Shown here in pieces: positions 11,206-21,195 of a stretch of 64,000 bases of DNA. The DNA is from Laetmonice hystrix. Taxonomy: Eukaryota. The stretch is from positions 20,462,001 to 20,526,000 of the forward strand of contig OZ249436.1 of assembly GCA_965235115.1 (NCBI GenBank), in the 5' to 3' direction. The notes under the pieces were generated by a model, which saw only the letters and a program-made list of their open reading frames with translations, was not told where the DNA came from and ran no database searches. The position numbers were made by a program, and so were the translations under genes. Within the stretch, counting starts at the first letter, position 1. The number at the start of each line of letters is the position of its first letter.

Positions 11206-13470
11206 TCAGTGTACATACATCAAAAGCACTGAGAACACAAGTATGAGGAGTGGGCGATTCCCTGGTGCAGATGCTGAGAAACTGGACTTCCCTGATCCTG
11301 CCGCCATGACGCTGGCACTCAGGTATCTGTAGTCTTCATCATAGTACTGAGGTCTTTCCTCGGCTTGCTGGATGATGACCATTGACGTGAGAGGTGTAAC
11401 CAGATTGTAATCCAAAGCCAAAACCAATGCATCTTGTCTGATCTGTGCCTTCGTCTCCTCACTATCTGTCATGGCTTCTTGCCTGAGAAGATACCGGATC
11501 ATCTGATACGCATACAACTTCTGGGCATACCCTTTGGAAATCTGTGAGCATGAATTCTCTAGGTCAAAGTTCTTGGACATTGTTACTGGTCCATCTGCTA
11601 TGCCAGTTACTATCACTTCCAAAGCCTGGTTGACACGTGTGCTCTTCAACTTTCCTGCAACCACAAGTTCTGATCCATTGAAGTATTGACCATATTCCTT
11701 TTGAGTGATGGAATCTCCGACAACAATGTCCAAAGAGTAGGTGACTTTAAAATTGAATAATAAAGGAGTGTTGACCATATTAAAGAAGGTCTTCAACTGC
11801 TTGTCTGCATCCAATCCTGGATAAATACGCACAGCTCCTTCTGTTACACCAGTACGATATGAAATTCGCTTCAACAGTTCAAAATCAAGTTCATATTGCT
11901 TTCCGAAACCCAGTGAGAAGACTGAAACTTTATTTGCTGCTTCCTCTACAACATTGTTGACAATCTGTGTAGTGTCTGTGACTCCAGATGTTGGCTGGCC
12001 ATCTGTGAGGAAAACAATAATATTCGATCCCCACTGTCCAATGCTCTTCAAAGTTTTACATGCCTCCTTTAGAGCTTCATTGATGTTGGTGCTGCCTCTG
12101 GCTTTAAGTTCTGTCTGAAGAAATTCCTTTGCCACAGTGATGGTCTGATCATCAACTATTGTCATGCGATGTCGTTCCGGCCAATATTCCATTCTGTCAT
12201 CAAACAGCAATAAGTGAAAACGATCGCCATAACGTAACTCATCAAGAATAGCCATCATTGCTGTCTTAGTTTGTTCAATTTTTCCCCCAGTCATGGAACC
12301 ACTTCTGTCGATGACAAATACAACATTTTTATTCAGAGGATCAAAGCCTGTTGGTGAAAAGTAATGCACAAAATAGTCACCATCAACACAGACCATTCCA
12401 ACGTCCCTGTCTTCATGAGTGACATCATATGATACAATCAGGTCACCTTCCAACCCTTTCTCTGGATGCAGTTTCCGCTGTCTTTCAACGCTAGCTTCAT
12501 AATACACATGCTTTTCAATTGCACTGGTGTCTGAAATTTCTGTGTCAACAGCAGATATTCCATTGCCTGGCTCAGCAACTACAAGTTTTTTGATGCCTTG
12601 AGTGTCAGTGATGTGTATATCTGCTGTTAGGTCCTGAACAATTCGGTTGGGTCTGATGCTGATGATTTGTGAATAATACCCTAGACGGCGCTCAAGCAGT
12701 TGCAGATAAGTCAGAACAAAACGAACTGAACTCTTTGCAGCTACATTTACAGAAACTGTGAACAGTTCCATATCTCTGGCTGGCTGGATCTTCTCTCTTC
12801 GAACTGCACTTACTTTTCCTGCTGTCTCATTACGCTCTTTTGCTTTTTTATATTCTTCCTCTGCCTTTGCTTTCTCCTTCACTTCTCCCACAAACCACAA
12901 ACCATCAATCAACATTGTAAAGTTGGAAATGAATGCTTTCAGTGGAATCTGCACAGTAAACACTGCCTCGGCGTCTTCAGCGGCAAAGTTTCCAACTACA
13001 CTGGTGACCTGTGTGGTAGAGAAACGGTTAGATATGTTTGACACGATGGCCAGGGACTCGATGCTGGGCCTCGGTACGTTATCATTGCCGTCCCCGCCCC
13101 CCACGTCCCGCCGACTGCGGCGGTGGTAGGGCGGGCGGGCTGCCGGGTCGCTACCGCCTGCTCCCTTTACACTCACCGACGGTGGCGGCGACTGGTCAAG
13201 GGCAACTACATAATAAACACCTCGGTATTCTCCGTCTTCCTTCTCCGGCGTTGTCTGTTCCTTCCACCTGTCTTTGAACTCGGCCTTCTCCTGCCATGAC
13301 GCAAAAGGCGGTGACTTGTGACGATGGTGACGGTGGGCCTTCCGCAAGTTTTCATTTTGATGCGACTCCCAGTCAAACATACCCCGACATGGCACCAACA
13401 ACAGCATGCAGCAAAGTACGGTCATCGGTGCCATGTTGTTGATCACGGTCTTTATCATTACTGATGACAT
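11206..13470 (-). CDS. Inter-alpha-trypsin inhibitor heavy chain-like protein (VIT + vWA), single coding exon, 754 aa
   Basis: Uninterrupted ORF with a hydrophobic signal peptide, RRSRR furin-like site, VIT domain (IPLKAFISNFTM...GEVKEK), vWA MIDAS (FVIDRSGSM, FLTDGQPT), ITIH-type NLVTPLTSM and a hydrophobic C-terminus. Confidence 0.9.
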   Translation of the reverse strand: MSSVMIKTVINNMAPMTVLCCMLLLVPCRGMFDWESHQNENLRKAHRHHRHKSPPFASWQEKAEFKDRWKEQTTPEKEDGEYRGVYYVVALDQSPPPSVSVKGAGGSDPAARPPYHRRSRRDVGGGDGNDNVPRPSIESLAIVSNISNRFSTTQVTSVVGNFAAEDAEAVFTVQIPLKAFISNFTMLIDGLWFVGEVKEKAKAEEEYKKAKERNETAGKVSAVRREKIQPARDMELFTVSVNVAAKSSVRFVLTYLQLLERRLGYYSQIISIRPNRIVQDLTADIHITDTQGIKKLVVAEPGNGISAVDTEISDTSAIEKHVYYEASVERQRKLHPEKGLEGDLIVSYDVTHEDRDVGMVCVDGDYFVHYFSPTGFDPLNKNVVFVIDRSGSMTGGKIEQTKTAMMAILDELRYGDRFHLLLFDDRMEYWPERHRMTIVDDQTITVAKEFLQTELKARGSTNINEALKEACKTLKSIGQWGSNIIVFLTDGQPTSGVTDTTQIVNNVVEEAANKVSVFSLGFGKQYELDFELLKRISYRTGVTEGAVRIYPGLDADKQLKTFFNMVNTPLLFNFKVTYSLDIVVGDSITQKEYGQYFNGSELVVAGKLKSTRVNQALEVIVTGIADGPVTMSKNFDLENSCSQISKGYAQKLYAYQMIRYLLRQEAMTDSEETKAQIRQDALVLALDYNLVTPLTSMVIIQQAEERPQYYDEDYRYLSASVMAAGSGKSSFSASAPGNRPLLILVFSVLLMYVH

Positions 13471-14000
13471 TTAGCGTAAAGAACACCTGTCGTTTTGCTC
13501 GGATAGAATGATGGTATTATCATAATGGATGTAAACACGGAAGAGGAAACGGTGGGGCTTCCTGAATAAGGGCTCAATAGGGAAACTACATGTGAGCCTA
13601 TTACTAGTATCAGGGGAAGATTGCAACAATACTGAATAGTAAAACATTTGCAAATTTGATATCTCGAGGAAGTTAATTTTAAGCATTTCTAAGCCTGCAG
13701 AAAAGGATCATAATGATATTTGGTACCTTCTTTTTATTTTAGCAAAAAAACTTAACTTCTTTTAGATTGTATTATTGTTCAGTTACCTGAGACCTTATTT
13801 GTTGACTGTAGCCTCCAGACTAAGGACAATTTTTAATATTTGAACAGTTTCGATAGATACTTCTATATCTAGAGCCTATTATGAATAATAAACTGTTATT
13901 TCAGCTTTAAACATGTGAGATGGGAGAGAAAAATGGTGTTATAATCCACAAATATATATAGAATTAGAAAAAATCGAGAGTCTAGAGTATTCTATCCAAT

Positions 14001-17000
14001 ATGGCGGCGCCCAAGGGTGGGTCATTCCTAAGTTGATCACTCGTGTGAGAAAAGCAAATGTAGTTTTCATAGTTTTTATTAACCTAAATGAAATGACATG
14101 CACTATTCCGAATAATTCTTTAACCTATGCCATCTATGATATAGAGACACTATTGTACTAACGCCGTGTAATGTTACTACGCGATAAATCATTCAAATAT
14201 CGCTCACTGTATGGGACTTCGGACCTCCTTCCTTGCCCTGCTTCTCCACTTCGTCTGGGCCAGGCGCTGGTTCTGGCGGCACTGGTTAAACATCAATCCG
14301 TGCTCAGACCAAGGACACTGGCCAAGCGGTTGATTTTTTTGTCAAATGTAATAAATAAGTTGAAAGATGAAGATAGTAATTATGTAGTACTAATGTTAGT
14401 GCTATCCCCAGCCTTCTTCTGCCTTAACCCTCATTGGTGGTTCTTTTAGGGGCGGATCTAGGGTCTAGATATTTGGGGGGGGGGGGGGGGGGTCCGAAAT
14501 TTTCTAATTTAATCAGGTCTATCATCTTCCCCTGAGCCTGAGGACTGAAAATGCAAATTAATGAGTAAAAAATTATTTTTGTGGCCCAACTTCATTAATG
14601 TGCTCATGAAAGACATCACCAGGTTATTTGCTGAATTGTTCAGTAAATTTCTATACAGCTGCATTGTTACTCAGACCAGTGTTTCCGTCCTTCTAATGTA
14701 AGGGGGTACGGGGTGGCGCAGTGGTTAGAGCACAGGACCTTTGATCCAAAGGTTCTGGGTTCGAACCGCGGCTGTGTCAGACTTTCCTGCATAGCAGTGC
14801 TGCCGACTGCTTTATCAAAGGCCGGCTGTGTTACGCTATGTCAATTTGGAGAGGCACGTTAAAGATCCCTTGGCATCTATTGATAAGAGTAGGGGTTCGC
14901 CCCGATGCCGGGTTTCCTCCTATCATCTCATCATTATCACCCAATGGATTTCACTGACTGAGTTAGTTACCTTGTTCTCGCCCTGAAATAGCTGAAATAC
15001 TGCTGACTGGGCGTTAAACACCAACTACTCACTAACTGACTCACTCCGTCCTTGTATGTTGTCAGATGACACAAGTCGAGACAACCTGTCCAGTGTGAAA
15101 CACATTATACTGGTGCTGTCTGGTAAAGGTGGTGTTGGGAAGAGTACTGTAGCAGTACAGCTCGCTCTTGGCTTTAAGAATGCAGGCCAAAAGGTAGGTC
15201 ATCATTAACTCATAAAACCTTGTATGCACTTAAGATTTGGGAATAAAATTTATTTAAATTTAACTGAATCTTAAAGAGGTCTGAATTTGAACTGCACAAC
15301 AGAAAAACACCATACATGAAAATGATATATGAAAATTTATGTAATCTATGCTAAAACAATGCTTACTGATGCCAGGTTGGAATTCTGGATGTAGATCTTT
15401 GTGGGCCAAGTATACCCAGGATGCTAAACATAGAGTCTAATAAAGTGCACCAGTGTCCAGAAGGGTAAGTTATCATAGATATGTGTTCATAAAGTTGTTT
15501 TTTACTCTTAACATGACTCACTTTTTGTGGTTCCTGTCAACAATGCATGCTAATTTATATGTGATCTGTCTAGTGATGGAAATAGATTTCTTTGCAAGCT
15601 TCTAACTACCTGCCAACCATTCAACTATTAATTGGAATCTTGTAAATGTTCACAAAAAAATCAGAACATTTTGACTTCCACAAAAACAAAGAAAGCAATT
15701 TATTGTGTGGTTTTAATATATGACATGTTTTTTTCTCACACCTATAATGCTATACAATGGTAACAATGGTGAAATTTTCAGGCTCAGAATATTCTTTCTC
15801 TACCTTTAAAATATGCAGAGCTTAAAGGGAGCCGTAAAATTCATTTTTTCGATTTATGGCAGTGTTAGAAACATATGATTCGCATACCTTGGACTCCCAG
15901 TAACATCATGTGAGACTGTTATGGCCCAGCGACCAGTATTTAGTAAGGAAAATATGCCAAATCTCTCGCAAATACGTAGCTCAGAATTAGCGAGCGGCCC
16001 ACAGGATATTTAAGTTGGCCGCGGTCAGGCCATGATGACGCGTGATCACGTGACTTCCGGGTGTGGAAGGGAATCTCCCTCTAGTCTAGCGTTGACCTAA
16101 ATACCGCATGTACACCCGGAAGTCACGTGATCACGCGTCATCATCGCCCGACCGCGGCCAACTCAAATATCCTGTGGGCGCTCGCTAATTCTGAGCTACG
16201 TATTTGCGAGAGATTTGGCATATTTTCCTTACTAAATACTGGTCGCTGGGCCATAACAGTCTCACATGATGTTACTGGGAGTCCAAGGTATGTGAATCAT
16301 GTATGTTTCTAAGACTGCCATAAATCGAAAAAATGAATTTTACGGCTCCCTTTAAGTTAAGATCATGCTAACCTTTCTGAAACCGGACCCTGGACATGCT
16401 AACTGTCGCTATGACTGGAGCTAGCTGCAGCAGGTCACACCTAGGGACCCTGCCACTATATGCGCTGGTGTTAGTGGGCCTAATTTTTTTTCCTCTTGGG
16501 TCTTGGCCCCCAAAATCGCCTGCATATTAATACACGAGTGCGTACTATACACAATAATTTAGGTAACTAAATTACTTAACAAGTTCAGTTCAAACATTTT
16601 ATCCAGTCTCATAATGGGCCAGCAAGGTACCCTATACTGTTGGGAAGGAAACCTAGAAACTCCACATTATGTCCATTACGTTTCATATGATTTATCAAAT
16701 CAAATGTTGTTTAAATCGTTGGTGCAGTTTTTTTTAGGAAGGAAAGGAGTGTAAAATAAATATTTTTTTCAGGTGGGTACCTGTGTTTGCTGATGCTGAA
16801 CAGCGTCTAGCTGTCATGTCGATTGCCTTCCTGCTCAACAGCCGGGATGAAGCTGTAGTCTGGAGAGGCCCAAAAAAAACAGGTCAGGCTCCAAGGATTC
16901 AGGTTTTATTTTCCTTTTTTCAATTTTTTTTTTACAAGAGGAAACATGTCATTAATAACTTTTGCAGGTAATTACCTATTGTTTTATATCCATAAATGAC

Positions 17001-18225
17001 ATAGACATGACAGTTATAATCTTTCACTGTTTGCAGCTATGATAAAGCAGTTTCTGTCTGATGTCTACTGGCAAGACCTGGACTACTTGATCATTGATAC
17101 CCCACCTGGTACATCCGACGAACACATATCAGTGGTGGAAAGTCTTCGACAGTACTCACCAGATGGAGCTGTTCTGGTCACCACCCCACAAGTTAGCAAC
17201 AGCATAATATTTTTTCTCTAATTTGTTATCAGATTAGTCTTGTAAGAAAAAAAACCTCAATAAACGAACTTTTTTAAACATTTTTTAAGGTGCGGTTCTT
17301 TTTAACAAACCCTACAAATAAAAATATGGATTTAAATATTTCTCTCTTTCCTATAGGCTGTAGCTGTAGGGGATGTGCGGCGGGAACTCACGTTTTGTAG
17401 GAAAACTGGTATTCCAGTTTTAGGAGTAGTGGAAAATATGAGTGGATTTGTATGTCCACACTGCACTGTGAGTATAAAATACACATATCCCAGGGGTACC
17501 TTGTCACTGGCATAGAGACATGGTTTCCAGGGTTGTTTCTTCCATGACAGTTACACCTAGCATGTATTTTTCACTCTGTGCCCATGCAACTAATCATAGA
17601 TTCTGTGATTTTCTGGTTTTTAATTACCAGTTTTAAAACAAACACACACATGCAAGATATTCCTTGTGACAAAACAGCTTACCTCACATAATGATTGACA
17701 AATAACTTTTGTTTTAACAAAATCAATTTCAGGAGTGCACTAACGTTTTCTCTAAGGGAGGAGGGGAAGCTTTGGCCACAATGTTTGATGTACCATTCCT
17801 TGGTAAGCCAGATCTGATGTTCTAGTGTTCCCTCATCTGCCCCTCCCAACCAGTGGATTGTAAATTTTGCTTTCAGCTCAACATCGTTTGTATCTGAATG
17901 GATGTAATTCTGGATTGAATTCTCTCCCTGATAAATACAATTTAAAACTTTAAAGAAGAACTAAACATTCAAAGTCCGATAAAGAAATCGGTATTATTGT
18001 TGGATGAGAGATTAGAAGAGTAGGTCTACCCGTGTGCAAAACTTAAAACTCCTTTTTTTCAATTATGCTGCAGGTTGTGTACCTCTGGATCCCAAAGTTG
18101 CTGCTAGCGTGGAAGCTGGTCAAAACTTTCTGCAAATGTACCCACAGTCGCCAACTAAAGACGCTATCCAGAACGTTGTGGATAAAATTATGACACAAAC
18201 TAGGACATCCATAGGAAGCCAATGA
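14001..18225 (+). CDS. NUBP2: Cytosolic Fe-S cluster assembly factor NUBP2 (Cfd1), 8 exons, ~276 aa
   Basis: Exons 14001-14016, 15066-15193, 15376-15464, 16773-16882, 17037-17191, 17357-17467, 17733-17802, 18074-18225 (831 nt, phases consistent). Motifs [50 protein letters not shown]. Lacks the N-terminal Cys cluster of NUBP1. Confidence 0.93.
14702..15045 (+). mobile_element. tRNA-derived SINE in NUBP2 intron 1
   Basis: A box GTGGCGCAGTGG, B box GGTTCGAACC, central GCACGTTAAAGATCCC motif (resembles Meta-type SINE core), (ACTC/ACTA)n tail, flanking TCCGTCCTT duplication. Confidence 0.85.
15826..16351. mobile_element. Palindromic Kolobok-like MITE in NUBP2 intron 3
   Basis: About 240-bp inverted arms (15826-16064 / 16112-16351), termini AGGGAGCC...GGCTCCCT, TTAA on both flanks. 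Confidence 0.85.
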
Positions 18226-19234
18226 TACAAACCATGACTGTTAGAATCTGTGAGATGATGTCATTTCTGGCACTGAAATCTATAACATTAGACGGGTTTG
18301 TGCTAAATTAGGGGAACAGACAGACAAATTCACTTGGTTGCTATATGGGGATAGGTTTGTGTGGAAAAAAAGAAAGAATCCCCTATCTTTTAATAGTAAG
18401 TGAAAAAAAATCAATAAATAAAAAAATCTGAACCACTGGTATACATTATCATTATCTACTTGATTTATGACAAGAAAGTTGTAGGCATACTGTAATTCTT
18501 AAAGAAAATCACTTATCTTATATTTCAGATCTCTTATAAATATATTTCAATGACTTCAAAATGAAGACATGGGCTGTTAGGTTAGATACCGGTAAGGCCC
18601 TAGATTACATAACTCATTAATGTATACCCACAGAAATGGACAAATGTAAAATGAACATTTTTTATCGTTGCCTGTCCGCTATGAAATAGTTGACCTAGCA
18701 TTGCCTGGAACAGTCAATGAAATTCATCGGTTCATCACAGGAATTATCCCCCAATACATCCTAGCTAAGGAGATCCCTCTTGATCAATTTAGTGAGATCA
18801 CCCAATTCACCTCGTGTACAGTCTACCCTGCAAGTAGTCGTGAAAAAAACCTCCGTGCTAATGTTTGTTGTATAGGCCTAGATCTACAGCTCTAAATAAA
18901 GTTTATCTTTCCTCTTAGGCCTATCAGTATCATATGGCTGGCGGTGGAGAGGGGGGCACAGGGAGGGGCCAAGAGGGGGTAAAATAAATGTATTAGGGAA
19001 AAAAAGGGGGGGGGTTCCCGCCCCTTTGGGGTTGCTTTGGCCAATAGCAGAGCCTCTAGCCCAGGGTTTGTACGTGTAATGATTAGTTCCACACGAACCG
19101 CTAGGCTGCAGCAGTAGGTAGGGCTAATGTCATGACATGGCCCTCTGGCGTTTTTAACTTGAACTATAGCCTTACCCAAAATAGTAGTTTTGCCATTCTA
19201 CTAGGCATTACCTTTGTTGTGAATAACGTTAATG

Positions 19235-19316
19235 TCGTGCGGAAGAAGCAGCTATTATATGTGGTGACAAACGAGTTGAACAGGTATAACTCTGAGGAAA
19301 TTACTGGCGCCACCTG
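19235..19316 (+). other. Putative non-coding first exon of the ABCA gene (5' boundary approximate)
   Basis: CpG-containing patch ending in a strong donor CTG|GTGAGT; the coding exon has an acceptor 3 nt before its ATG, so an upstream exon is needed. Confidence 0.45.
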
Positions 19317-20985
19317 GTGAGTATGGCCATAACTCTGGGAGCGGTTTCGCGAACGGTGCATGTCTGCACTACCATTGTGGGATTTCCACAACAGTTTGCT
19401 CAGTTCATTCAACAGAAACTGTATTAAATAAAACCAATCGACACTATATTAGTTTAACACAAACACTAATTTTAATAGGAAATGAAAAGTTCTATCATGC
19501 AATATGGCTGATGAACCCCATAGAATTCGACCAGGGTTTCGAGAGTATGTTTACACACGTGACCATGACCAGCTGACGGAGGGTGCTGTGAGAGAGAATC
19601 TTTGTTATGCTCAGCTTGAGCCCCTAACACTACATTTATATTACGGTATGAGGGAGACCATTGACGTGGACCTACAAAACATCCTGTAGATCTGCTACAT
19701 ACAGGGATCTGTGAATGCGAAATGAATTATATTATTTAGGAGAGGGAAGATCTTCATATCACGTTGGTAAGGATGGGAAAAGGTTACCTGACGGAAAGAG
19801 TAGGGCTGGTCTTGACTTGAATGTTATGAATATGATTATGCTATATGGTGATAGCCTACCGAGTACTGTAGACAGTGTTAACTTAGTTCCTGTAAAAGTA
19901 TATGTTTTAACAGCACAGGCGAAAGACCGTGCACAGTCTATACTACCTGGTATTATTGTTTGGATAAGCCAAGCCAAAGGCAAAGCTGATATTCATGCCA
20001 GTCCATTGGCATTGTCATTATTTGCTGAGACTAAGTTGCTAGCACTAGCAGTGCTTTTGTTTCTCCAAGTCGACCAAGACAGTGTTTTTGATTTGAATCA
20101 TAACAAAATATACATTACAGTAATCTATTTATTAAACTCTATTCTACTCTATTTATTAAACTGGTGCATATGCTTGGTTTATTTTGAAATACACTCTAGA
20201 ATGAAACTATTCCAGACCTGGCTGAAATTGTTATCTGATAGAGAACTCAGTTTGGTCATGTTACATCAAATATGGGTCAGTCCGACAGTAGCTCTGAAAT
20301 GCAGTATCCTCTTTGTTGTCTGACTCGGATTTCACAGGAGAAAGCATGCATGACCTATTCCCAGCTAGGGTCAAGACCTAGTACACTGTGATGGGTCATG
20401 TGGATTGGGCATGCAGATACCCATGTGACTATGACACGACCACCCCCCCACACACATTCAATTAGAAGTAGTTTCTGTGCTAAAGTCTATAGTGTTTGAA
20501 CTGCTGGGATCAATGGGCCCTGGTTACATGCACCTAATGTGTGGTTCATGTGTGATCTGCAATTTCTTACTGCAAAAGTTAGATAACATCTAATAGTAAA
20601 AAATGTTTTTAGAAATATGTTAAAGAATGTATACAGATTTAAAGCATTTCATGAACTTTGGATGAAATGCATGACTTTATTTCAAAAGTATTTTTTTTTA
20701 AGCTTCAAATCAGGATTATGAATTTCTTGTTGTTTGAAGGATTAGAATCTGAAAGTGATACATCTCATTGATACATGTCAGAGAAGGTTTGAATAGAATA
20801 ATAGAAAACCTTCAATTTAAGTCAAAATTGGAATTGAGCAGATAATTAGACTGAACTGTGGAGCTAAGTTTTACACACTTCTGGGAGGCAATTCTATGTA
20901 TTCCATGTTTAAAACGTAGCTTGAATTGTATGGCCTAATACTTACTTCCTATCTTCCCAGAATTGCTTTTGAAGAATCGCTTCTG

Positions 20986-21139
20986 GGGCCGGTTTTACTA
21001 AAGGTCCTTATTTAAGGACGTCGCTAATTTAACATAGAAGTGAATGGGTTGCTAGGTCGAAAATAAGGACCTAGCAACCATTCACTTCTATGTTAAATTA
21101 GCGACGTCCTTAAATAAGGACCTTTAGTAAAACCGGCCC
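20986..21139. mobile_element. Hairpin Harbinger-like MITE
   Basis: Nearly perfect palindrome GGGCCGGTTTTACTAAAGGTCC...GGACCTTTAGTAAAACCGGCCC, CTG/CAG flanks. Confidence 0.8.
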
Positions 21140-21195
21140 CAGGAACAAAAAAGTGGTTTTCACTGATTCTATTTTGTCACCCTTTAATACAGGCA

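Noticed and set aside
14702..14780. tRNA gene
   Set aside because: A and B boxes are present, but there is no proper acceptor stem and the sequence runs into a SINE body and tail
19715..20323. 202-aa ORF upstream of the ABCA coding region
   Set aside because: No recognisable domain or splice support; probably a chance ORF in the first intron
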